DNA of 63,247 bases, counting the filler, from Octopus bimaculoides (taxonomy: Eukaryota), in assembly GCF_001194135.2 (NCBI RefSeq). It is 6 parts of 6 records of this genome, joined end to end, with 100 filler letters (N's around TTAATTAATTAA, not from the genome) between each part and the next. Parts side by side here need not be neighbours in the genome. Positions count along the whole stretch, not along the records: positions 41,898 to 58,214 come from NC_068987.1; positions 58,315 to 59,326 come from NC_069004.1; positions 59,427 to 61,928 come from NC_069008.1; positions 62,029 to 63,247 come from NC_068989.1; 2 more parts are not named here. The stretch is one strand, 5' to 3'. A program made the translations under genes and the position numbers. The notes under the pieces were generated by a model. The model was given only the letters and a program-made list of their open reading frames with translations, had not been told where the DNA came from and searched no databases. Of this stretch, positions 51,894 to 63,087 are shown piece by piece; position 1 is the first letter of the stretch, and every line of letters begins with the position of its first letter.

Positions 51894-52314
51894 GTATGTG
51901 TGTGTGGCGGGGGACTAAAGAAAGTTGGGAAATTGTTGAAGATGTGCACATCTATATTTAAAATAGTTCTGTACACTAGAACATAGAAGGCATTTTTTTT
52001 TATTATCATTGTTGCTTTATGTGCACATTATATATTAATTACAGCTTCACTACATCAACAATCTTTTTTATTTCCTATTATTCACATGAAATAACAAAAC
52101 TTCTTACCAGTTTATAAATGACTAAAATGACCTACCAGTCACCGAGGAGGCAAATTCATGCCAAAACATGTCTGGCAAACCTCTGATTTAGAGCCTAGTT
52201 TAATGTGTTTCTACACACAAGATCTGTAATTTTCTCTGAGATAAAAGTACTGTAGCAAACACCTTTCAAGCTTACATTTATACATACATAAATACATACA
52301 CACACACACACACA

Positions 52315-52351
<37 letters not shown>

Positions 52352-53282
52352 NNNNNNNNNNNNNNNNNNNNNNNNNNNNNNNNNNNNNNNNNNNNNNNNN
52401 NNNNNNNNNNNNNNNNNNNNNNNNNNNNNNNNNNNNNNNNNNNNNNNNNNNNNNNNNNNNNNNNNNNNNNNNNNNNNNNNNNNNNNNNNNNNNNNNNNNN
52501 NNNNNNNNNNNNNNNNNNNNNNNNNNNNNNNNNNNNNNNNNNNNNNNNNNNNNNNNNNNNNNNNNNNNNNNNNNNNNNNNNNNNNNNNNNNNNNNNNNNN
52601 NNNNNNNNNNNNNNNNNNNNNNNNNNNNNNNNNNNNNNNNNNNNNNNNNNNNNNNNNNNNNNNNNNNNNNNNNNNNNNNNNNNNNNNNNNNNNNNNNNNN
52701 NNNNNNNNNNNNNNNNNNNNNNNNNNNNNNNNNNNNNNNNNNNNNNNNNNNNNNNNNNNNNNNNNNNNNNNNNNNNNNNNNNNNNNNNNNNNNNNNNNNN
52801 NNNNNNNNNNNNNNNNNNNNNNNNNNNNNNNNNNNNNNNNNNNNNNNNNNNNNNNNNNNNNNNNNNNNNNNNNNNNNNNNNNNNNNNNNNNNNNNNNNNN
52901 NNNNNNNNNNNNNNNNNNNNNNNNNNNNNNNNNNNNNNNNNNNNNNNNNNNNNNNNNNNNNNNNNNNNNNNNNNNNNNNNNNNNNNNNNNNNNNNNNNNN
53001 NNNNNNNNNNNNNNNNNNNNNNNNNNNNNNNNNNNNNNNNNNNNNNNNNNNNNNNNNNNNNNNNNNNNNNNNNNNNNNNNNNNNNNNNNNNNNNNNNNNN
53101 NNNNNNNNNNNNNNNNNNNNNNNNNNNNNNNNNNNNNNNNNNNNNNNNNNNNNNNNNNNNNNNNNNNNNNNNNNNNNNNNNNNNNNNNNNNNNNNNNNNN
53201 NNNNNNNNNNNNNNNNNNNNNNNNNNNNNNNNNNNNNNNNNNNNNNNNNNNNNNNNNNNNNNNNNNNNNNNNNNNNNNNNNN

Positions 53283-53333
<51 letters not shown>

Positions 53334-53359
53334 GTGTGTATATATGTATATGTATGAGT

Positions 53360-53700
53360 GGCACTCTGTCAGTTACAATGATGAAGGTTCCAGTTGGTCT
53401 GATCAATGGAACAGTCTGCTTGTGAAATTAACATGTAAATGGCTGAGCACTACACAGACACGTGTACCCGTAACGTAGTTCTCAGGGAGATTCAGTGTGG
53501 TACAGAGTGTGACAAGGCTGGCCCTTTGAAATACAGGTACGACAGAAACAGGAAGAGAGAGTGAGAGAAAATTATGGTGAAAGAGTACAGCAGGGTTCAC
53601 CACCACACCCTGCCAGAGCGTCATGGAGCTTTAGGTATTTTCACTCAATAAACACTCACAATGCCTGGTCTGGAAATTGAAAGCGTGATCCTACAACTGC
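53360..53700 (-). mobile_element. Second-family SINE, 5' truncated
   Basis: 53545-53700 is the reverse complement of the 63088 head. The tail matches 56118-56310. Confidence 0.85.
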
Positions 53701-53706
53701 TTTTGA

Positions 53707-54110
53707 TGTGTGGTAAGTAGCTTGCTTACCAACCACATGGTCCCAGGTTCAGTCCCACAGCATGGCACCTTGGGCAAGTGTCTTCTACTATAGCTTCGGG
53801 CCAACCAAAGCCTTGTGAGTGGATTTGGTAGACGGAAACTGGAAGAAGCCCATCGTATATGTATATATATGTATGCGTGTGTATATGTTTGTGTGTCTGT
53901 TTGTCCCCCCAACATCGCTTGACAACCATTGGTGGTGTGTTTACATCCCCGTAACTTAGTGGTTCGGTAAAAGAGACCAATAGAACAAGTGCTAGGCTTA
54001 CAAAGAATAAGTCCTGGGGTTGATTTGCTCGACTAAAGGCGGTGCTCCAGCATGGCCGCAGTCAAATGAATGAAACAAGTAAAAGAGTAAAAGAGTAAAG
54101 GAGTAAAATG
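53707..54110 (+). mobile_element. CORE-type SINE, near full length
   Basis: Colinear with 21280-21670. Confidence 0.9.
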
Positions 54111-54397
54111 AGTTTCTGAGAATGCTCAATTTGTGTTCTGCTTGATGTTGAATAGTTCTTTTTATAGGTGCAGACTTTTTTGTATTTATAGCACTTTGCT
54201 TTGTAAGGTTCATTTTTTTAACAGCACTGTTTCAGTAATTGTTTGAGGTGAATAAGCAATGGTAACACTCAATGTTGTAGATGTGTTCTCTTTGTCTGCC
54301 ATTGTAATCTCCATTTAACCCTACTGCCTTCAATTCAATCAAGTTTGAAAATGAAGAATCTAATAAGATAACTTTGTCATTACTGCTTTCAAATCTT

Positions 54398-54596
54398 GGC
54401 ACAAGGCCAGCAAGTTCGAGAAGGGAATAAGTTGATTGTATTGATCCAAATATTCAGCTGGTATTTATTTTATTAACCTCAAAAGGATGACAGGCAAAGT
54501 CAACCTTGGCAGAATTTGAACTCAGAATGTAAAGATGGGCAAAATGTTGGTAAATATTTTGCCTGGCACGCTAATGATTTTGCCAGCTTGCTGCCT
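54398..54596 (-). mobile_element. Third-family SINE
   Basis: Colinear with 24893-25090. Confidence 0.85.
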
Positions 54597-54759
54597 TCAA
54601 CTTTTGCATTATTAAGCCAGTGTTTGGAACATAAATTAACACAAAATTGTGATGACAAGTTTTTATTTAGATCACTCTAAAACAGGAAGTATGTATCATA
54701 AAACTAAGGGAGACTTCAGGAAGACTGATATCAAAAAGGTTAAATCAACGTATACTTGC

Positions 54760-55440
54760 TTTATTAGTGATTCTTGGAATGATTTATTTACTAGTTCAAT
54801 ATTTATTCTTCTATGAGTTCACTGATAATTTAGTTTGGTTTCATTGATCAATAATTTTAGTGACTATCATTTTTTTATATCTTTCAGTCTTTTATTGTTA
54901 AAAAATTCCCATCTGCGTCTTTTCAGACTTTAGACATTATTACAAGAATCCTTCATTTCATTACCAATAATCCACAGTCTTTTAGAAACTCTACTATGCT
55001 AGATTAAAATTCTAGTGTTTTGGTATTGTTAGTATTAATTTTTCTAATTTATGGTTACTTTTGATCAATTTTATCCCACTAATTAATACATTCATTTTAT
55101 GTTTTCCTGAGAGACACTCCTTTATAGTACAGTAACATTGATCTTTATTGTAATAAGCAAGTTGTTCTTGTTGTATTGGACGTGAGTGATGAACTTAAAG
55201 GAAATATAATGTTGATTTTTAGGCTTTTTCATAGATTGGACTGTTTAATTTAGCTTTAGTGTTTTTCGTCACAACATTAGTCTAAAGATTTTCATTTTGC
55301 TTGTAGTCAATAGCTGGTTTATGTTTTTTTTGTTGTTATTGTTTAACCGGTTGATGTGTTTGGTGAGATTCTTTAATGTTGTTGCTATGTCCTTCTCTAG
55401 TTCATTCAATTTAGTCATAAAATTTTATTTGCTTTAGTGC
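54760..55440 (-). pseudogene. Possible Penelope-like ORF fragment, heavily decayed
   Basis: KLNELEKDIATTLKNLTKHINRLNNN...KIFRLML*RKTLKLN and LKRRRWEFFNNK. Resemblance is recalled, not aligned. No RT or GIY-YIG motif seen. Confidence 0.3.
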
Positions 55441-55564
55441 ACAAAATGCTTGTCATTTATGCAAACCTGTTTTGTTAAACACTATAAGTAACTTACCAAG
55501 TCTCTCTCTCTCTCTCACACACACATGCACAAAGAAATAAATGCCATACACATATGTAGGTGCA

Positions 55565-55742
55565 AGAGTGGCTATAGTAGCAGGCATAGATGTGTGATAA
55601 GACATTTACTTCTCAGCCACATGATTCCAGGTTCAGTCCTATTGCATAGCACCTTGAGCAAGAGCCTTCTACTATTATTCATGGTCAACCAAAATCTTGT
55701 GAGTGAATTTGTTGGGAGATGGAAACTAAAAGAAGACTGTTG

Positions 55743-55745
<3 letters not shown>
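55565..55745 (+). mobile_element. CORE-type SINE head, diverged
   Basis: GGTTCAGTCCTATTGC..CACCTTGAGCAAG...GGAAACTAAAAGAAG. Confidence 0.75.
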
Positions 55746-55774
<29 letters not shown>

Positions 55775-55780
55775 TGTATG

Positions 55781-55814
<34 letters not shown>

Positions 55815-56059
55815 TGTATACATTATTTAAAACAAACAACTGGATTAGGTTCTGTGTGACTCCAAGTTTCACAGGCCTCTAACAGGAGCCCATCTCTTTC
55901 AGGCTTTGGCAATCTAAAGCCCAAAAGAAATGGGCTGCTGTTAGGGGCCTGCAAAACTAGAATTTGTAAAGAACTGAATCAAGCTGTTTTAAATAACACA
56001 TGTAACTTTTACTAAATGTGTTGAGTGCCCTTTTCTTTTGTTTGTCCAATCACTCATTC

Positions 56060-56110
<51 letters not shown>

Positions 56111-56117
56111 TATATGT

Positions 56118-56310
56118 AGCACACTAAGTGCCTGTATTTCAAAGGGTCAGCCTTGTCACATTCTGTGTCATGCCAAATCACCCTGAGAGCTACATTAAGG
56201 GTACATATGTCTGTCGAGGGCTCAGCCATTTGCACATTAATTTCACGAGCAGGCTGTTTTGTTGAATGGATCAACTGGAACCCTCACCATTGTGATGGAT
56301 GTAGTACCAG
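56118..56310 (+). mobile_element. Second-family SINE tail
   Basis: TATTTCAAAGGGTCAGCCTTGTCAC...AATTTCACGAGCAGGCTG...GGAACCCTC. Confidence 0.8.
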
Positions 56311-56606
56311 TTCATATTTCATATATATATATATATATTGTCTATCCCTCCATGTTTATCTCTCCATCTGTATATCAACTTCCACCTTCTTTCTCTCTCT
56401 CTCTCTCTCCCTCTCTCTCTCTTGCTCTATACACACATAGCTAAATAGATAGATAGATAGAAAAAAAAGACAACTAACTAGATAGATTGATAAATGGATT
56501 GATATTAATGGAATTGAAGATAGAATTCCTCACAGTAACTGACTAGCTTCATTTCAGACTGTGAGAATAAAGGAAGTTAGAAATGTATTTATGATCAGTT
56601 TGATCA

Positions 56607-56666
<60 letters not shown>

Positions 56667-56868
56667 NNNNNNNNNNNNNNNNNNNNNNNNNNNNNNNNNN
56701 NNNNNNNNNNNNNNNNNNNNNNNNNNNNNNNNNNNNNNNNNNNNNNNNNNNNNNNNNNNNNNNNNNNNNNNNNNNNNNNNNNNNNNNNNNNNNNNNNNNN
56801 NNNNNNNNNNNNNNNNNNNNNNNNNNNNNNNNNNNNNNNNNNNNNNNNNNNNNNNNNNNNNNNNNNNN

Positions 56869-56922
<54 letters not shown>

Positions 56923-57042
56923 CTATCTATCTTTCTGTCTATGCATACATACATATTCACCTGCACATGCATGTATATATTAATCGCTGACCGAAACATT
57001 CAATTTTTTTTCTCCGTGTTTTTCTCCTTGTTGTCTCCGTAT

Positions 57043-57079
57043 TCTTTTTGTTGAAGAGCGTAGCTCGAAACGTTAAAGA
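57043..57079 (+). ncRNA. Degenerate minimal type I hammerhead motif
   Basis: TCTTT-TTGTTGA-A-GAGC(GTA)GCTC-GAAACGT-T-AAAGA. Stems I (5 bp) and II (4 bp) are perfect and helix III is the palindrome ACGT, but the core is TTGTTGA instead of CTGATGA (2 substitutions). Confidence 0.6.
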
Positions 57080-57199
57080 CTTTCTGTATTCCCGAGCGTT
57101 AAACTAATACATCTTTTTGTTGTCTACACCACCTGTCCTCGTCTGTCGTTGTTTTTTTCGTAAATTCTCCCATATATATATATATATATGTATATAGAT

Positions 57200-57781
57200 A
57201 AAACTTACTTGGGAAAGGATACGTGGCATTCGATCATATAATAATATAGATAATATATAAACATATGCATATATCCATACAGATATGTACATACCTACAT
57301 CTATATGTATACATACATACATACATGCATATATGGGTACAGGTCATCAAAAAAAAAAACGTTCAACACAATGAGAAACGAAAACATAAAGACGAAAACA
57401 GAAAACGAACTTTTTTTTCAACAACAACAAAAACAAAGAGAGAAACGAGACATGCAGCATAAAGAGTATAACCCTTCGTCAGTTGTCTCTGTTCCATCTA
57501 CTCTGCATTTCAAAGGCAAGGACAATACGCAACTTCACTGGAGTAGTCCTTCCCGCAAGCAAATTAATTAAAATTTGGAAATTTGTGCGGAGGGTGAAAG
57601 TGTAAACAAGACAGAACAGTGAGAACAAACGTTTTTTTGTGATGTCCTGTACCCATATATGCTTGTATGTATACATATAGATGTCGGTATGTACATATAT
57701 GTATGGATGTATGCATATGTTTATTTTTTATTTATATTATTATATGATTGGATGCCATGCATCCTTGCCCAAGTAAGTTTT
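57200..57781. repeat. Long inverted repeat (arms 57200-57363 and 57628-57781, ~265-bp spacer)
   Basis: Arms align by eye at ~90% identity: AAAACTTACTTGGG...GGGTACAGG(T/A)CATCA..AAAAAAACGTT. Confidence 0.9.
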
Positions 57782-57930
57782 TTCTTAATAATTACATGTG
57801 CACTCTGCTACTATTACTATCACTTCCCTGTCTATCTCTCTCCCTCTCTTGTTCTTCATCCTTTCTGTTGAGCACTCATTCTTGTTGTTCGACATTTATG
57901 CATATATATATATAGATGCATTTTAGTATG

Positions 57931-58017
57931 AACTCCCTGAAGAGAAATAAATGAGGAACCCCAACAGCTCTTTCTTCTTTGTGAAAGTACTCTTATTTCG
58001 AAACATGTGTAGGAATT
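57931..58017 (+). ncRNA. Type I hammerhead ribozyme motif, complete core
   Basis: CTGAAGA 57937-43. Stem II GAAATAA 57944-50 / TTATTTC 57993-99 (7 bp, plus GAG/CTC after a bulge). GAAA 58000-03. Helix III ACATGTGT is self-complementary with G.U pairs. GTA cleavage triplet, cut after 58011. Stem I AACTCC/GGAATT, 5 of 6 pairs. Confidence 0.8.
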
Positions 58018-58314
58018 AAAGGAACTTTTATTGACATGCGTTTTGCTCCATTTATTATTATCCATATCTTCTCAAAATGTATCACTTTAACTTGGTATCT
58101 CTACCTTTAAAACGGCTGTGATATCTTGTTTTTAGTGCAATTTTGCTACCTCTGGTAACTATTAACGTATTTAAATTATCGAAAGTTTTAATAACTGAGA
58201 TAATATTAATATATNNNNNNNNNNNNNNNNNNNNNNNNNNNNNNNNNNNNNNNNNNNNTTAATTAATTAANNNNNNNNNNNNNNNNNNNNNNNNNNNNNN
58301 NNNNNNNNNNNNNN

Positions 58315-58366
<52 letters not shown>

Positions 58367-59426
58367 CATATTTATCAGTTAATTGGAGGATATATTAACT
58401 TCTTAATGGAATGATTACATCCAAGAAAATTTTGGTTCTATACCTAATATTTTGGGAAATAAAGTTTCTGTAAATTAATTGGTATATATTAACCATATAA
58501 TCCGTATTCAATTAATACAAGAAAAAGAAAATGGAGAGTTGAAAGTTAATAGTTATTTATTAATAAATTGATAATTCTTACTTCCTACAGCTGTTTCCAT
58601 TTATGCTCATTAAATAAATTACAAATTTATGCTTTAAATTTGCATTTATAAGGTATAAGCAAAATATCATCCGGGAAGCAGATATACATTACAAGATTAC
58701 ATGTTGACCTTTCTGTTCATACCACCAAACTAAATATATTATATTTTTCATTTATTATTATTATTTTTTTGTGTGTGCGTGAGATTTAACAGATTAATTT
58801 AAATATAATAAAAACATGGCGCAAAATCAATGATGAGGTAGAGTAAAATAAAATAAAAAGTAAAATACAATGAAAATAAAAATGAATAAATAAGATAAAA
58901 ATAAAAATAAAATAAATAAATAAAAATAGAACAAAAATGAAATAAGATAGAATAGTATGTACAAATATAGATAAATATGTACATATAGATAAACATATAT
59001 AAAAATGTACATACATACATAAACACACACACACACACACATACACACATATAAATAAGAAAAAGGAATGAACATACAGACTGTGTTAATTAGAGTCCAT
59101 TGGTTAAAGAAATTTAAATTAGTTTACAAGCGGTTAAGCTTTTGAAGAAAATATCTAATCACAACGGTTTCTGTATTATGTGGTAATAAAAGACTCACAG
59201 TAATAATCGCATGCATATATATACACATACACATACATATACATACATATATATATATTTGGGAAGTCAAGTGTGTGGCATTATTCTATAGTAATGCCCT
59301 TTATATATATATATATATATATATATNNNNNNNNNNNNNNNNNNNNNNNNNNNNNNNNNNNNNNNNNNNNTTAATTAATTAANNNNNNNNNNNNNNNNNN
59401 NNNNNNNNNNNNNNNNNNNNNNNNNN

Positions 59427-59483
<57 letters not shown>

Positions 59484-61427
59484 CAATCATTCTCCATAAA
59501 TATACACACACACTAGGTCCTACCCAAGGAGACACCCATGCAAATGACAAGGGCACACAGCCATATTTTCCTGTTTTCACCTCAGTTACAGATGAAATGA
59601 GGACTTGTTAAATAATATTAAACAGCTTTGTAAAAACGAAAATAACAACCAAACGTTGTTGATTAAGTCATTGATTGATACATTCTCTAAGCCGCAATAT
59701 TATCTTAATTATTATTAGTAATGAAGGTCGTCGTTAGTTGCTGTAATTATTTGTGAGGTCAGCAGCAAACAAGCTGTTGAAATTATACAATTATTCAATA
59801 TGTCCATCCTTATCCTTTTTCTGAAGACAGTAAGGTGTAATTTTTGGGAATTATGGCTGCTATTTCTAGCAGGTCTAGCTACTTGGGCCTCTCGTCTTGG
59901 CTCATACACAAGACAGCTAAGTGTGATTTTAGAGAAATTTGGCTGCTGTTTCAACCAGGTCTAACTACCGAATAGAGGTCTCCTTCCTCAACTCATCTAC
60001 AAACAATGGCATTGTTCATCTACATCAGTGACATTCAATGTCCATGCATTGACAACAAACTACACAGCCATCGACACAGAACTGGATATCACATGGTCGT
60101 CACCATCATCCACCCACGACCACACCATTGCTTTCATGACGTCACCATTTGCTCACATCATCATTAGTGCCTGCTCAGGCCATCAGCAGCAGCCACTCAT
60201 TCAGACAACATTATCATCCACTAATACCGGCATCAGGAATTTCTAATACAAAGATATTGTCACCGTCATTATCCAATCACTGCAACAACGATATCTATCA
60301 CAACTGGGTTCAGATCTATGAAAAACAAAAGAAAAAAAAAATCAATAAGTTAAACTCCAGATATTGTGTGGTTAACGAGATGGGATGAGAGGGAAGCAAT
60401 TTTATTTCCATTAATTTTTTTTTTTTGTAACTACATTTTTCCTTTTATATTTTTTAAAAGTTGTGAAATCAATTCCCTGATATGAACCCCTTAATCATTC
60501 TACGATCACTTGGTGGAGCATAGAGTGGTATGAGAATGCACATGTGAATAGGAAGTGGGGGGTGGGGGTTAATAACAATACAGCATAGATTCCTGACCCT
60601 TCTCTAGGCATGTAAGGGAGCTCTGAAACTAACTTAACACTACAAAGCTAATTACAAACACATACATACATTAACTATACAGTGCTTTTCTGCATTACAC
60701 AAGTTACTCACTAAAAACCAAGCTGTACCTGCCCATGCTATTTATTCTGCTGATATAAACAAGACATGTGAGCAACTGAGTCGAGAGATAATACAGTGCA
60801 TATTGACACAATGTGAACTATCTAGCCACTCTCCTTTGATTGGTAGTGTTATGTCCTCTTTACCGATTTAAACAATCACAGCTCTGCACCCTTCCAGTTG
60901 CCGATGTGTGCGTTTCTGGTTAATTTGTGTGGAAGGGTGACATAGAGTCTTGAACACATCATTTGATAAGAAAAAGGTTAGCGAATGTATTTCTGGTTAA
61001 TAGGTTTCCACATATTAACCAGAAACCTCGGTAATGCCACAGAATAAGAAAATATCAAAGAGTCCATTTCTTGTTAATGTATAGCTAGGTAAAAAGAGTA
61101 CTGGCTGTCGTTTCACGTCTGTTCAATGTATAAGAAGTAGGCTGTAGCAATGGCGAGTTGAATAAAAAGTCAACAAGTGCATGTCACTGTCAGCAGTGTG
61201 TGGAAGGTTGTTGATGCCCTATTAGTGAACACGTGTGAGTGTGGAACCACCCACTGCCACTCCTCCCAAACACCTTATATGTAGAAATGTTAGTTATTCA
61301 TAAATCGTATCTTAGTCTCCTCACACTGACGCCAGGTGAGCTGTTTGAATGAACCTATAATCAAAGGTGTTCAATTTACCTCCACTACTGCCACCCCAGG
61401 ACTGCTCTGAGGCATTGCATATCTATG

Positions 61428-61472
<45 letters not shown>

Positions 61473-61693
61473 CACACACATATATACATATACACGCACA
61501 CACACACACACATATATACACACATATATATACATACATACACAGCTTAGGTATGTCACCAAGAGATTAAAACAGAGTTCCAATAAGCAAAATTTGAAAT
61601 CATTATCATGGAATTTGGACACAAGGGAGTTGAGATTGAGAGATAACGGTGGTCGCATAAATTATTGTTGCTGCAACAGTGATTATCATTATC

Positions 61694-61729
<36 letters not shown>

Positions 61730-61744
61730 GTTTCTAATTTATGC

Positions 61745-61928
61745 ACAAAGCCAATAATTTTGGAGGAGGGGGGCGGGAAGGGGTTAGCGAATACCATCAA
61801 ATTCAGTACTTGACTGGTATTTTATTCCATTGACCCGAGAAAAGGTGAAAGGCAAAGCTGGCCATTGGCGAGATTTGAACCGGGGAACATAAGAAGCCAG
61901 AACAAATGCTGCTAAGCATTTTTGCCTG
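61745..61928 (-). mobile_element. Third-family SINE, cut by a gap
   Basis: Colinear with 24893-25090. Confidence 0.8.
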
Positions 61929-62039
61929 NNNNNNNNNNNNNNNNNNNNNNNNNNNNNNNNNNNNNNNNNNNNTTAATTAATTAANNNNNNNNNNNNNNNN
62001 NNNNNNNNNNNNNNNNNNNNNNNNNNNNTATTATTATTA

Positions 62040-62090
<51 letters not shown>

Positions 62091-62098
62091 GTTTATTC

Positions 62099-62141
62099 GT
62101 CAAAGTTCTTTCGTCATGTATACTAAGACCTCTTCAGTGAC
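62099..62141 (-). ncRNA. Minimal type I hammerhead ribozyme motif, complete core
   Basis: Minus strand reads GTCA-CTGAAGA-G-GTC(TTAGTATACAT)GAC-GAAA-GAAC-T-T-TGAC. Stem I 4 bp, stem II 3 bp, one extra G after the core, near-palindromic helix III, CUU triplet. Confidence 0.65.
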
Positions 62142-62857
62142 TTTCTGTCTTACGTATCCCGTCTTGTTCTGCCTATTCCAAAACTATATAAATACAGATA
62201 GAATATTATCTGTAGTATGAAAAATAAGAAAAAGAAACTATTAACAAATGTCTCTATGCGCATCTTATTCAAATGTATTTTATAATTTACACGAATAATG
62301 TTATTTCTGTCTGTAAACTTCTAAAATTCAAAATCAAAAGATTTAAATTTTAACAGAATATATTTTACATGAACTTAAATTTGAATACAATACATATTTT
62401 GAAGCGTCAAGATGTTTTAGACATGCGACAATTTCAATATTCTATCGATAATCTATATAATTAAACAATATATATGACTGAAAATGATTGAAAACAATAC
62501 GAATTAGCATGGGCGATAGAAATAAGTTGCCACAGCAAAAACTGGATGCCAGCAACATAATAATGAAAATTCTTAATAAAGCACAATTTTTTATAATCAA
62601 AAGCATCTTTCCTGTAGCAATCCGTTAGTAGATTGTAAATTTACTCTTGCAGTATTACGATGCCGTATTTCACTGTGTATAATATAATTGATATTTCGTT
62701 TTACTAAATCATTTAGGAAAACATAAAGTGAACTAATTTGCGTTCATTACATCATGTAGTGTATTCGCATGCAGAAGATCAAGTGAATTTTAAATACATT
62801 TTGTCTTGAATTACAATAAAGCAAGTTGAGGTATTTTAAAATATTAATACTTCTATT

Positions 62858-63052
62858 CTTTTACTTGTTTCAGCCATTTTAATGTGGCCATGCTGGAACA
62901 CCACCTTTAGTCGAACAAGTCTATCCCAGGACTTGTTCTTTATAAGCCTATTACTTATTTTATCGGACTGTTTTGGCGAACCACTATGTTACGGGGACGT
63001 AAACACACCAACATCGGTCGTCAAGTGATGGTGGGGGACAAACACACACACA
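62858..63052 (-). mobile_element. CORE-type SINE tail
   Basis: Reverse complement of the 21490-21670 tail. Confidence 0.8.
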
Positions 63053-63087
63053 AATATATATACATATGTGTGTGTGTGTGTGTGTGT

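Noticed and set aside
34933-56999. ORFs containing X runs (e.g. 403, 308, 280 aa)
   Set aside because: They read through assembly gaps.
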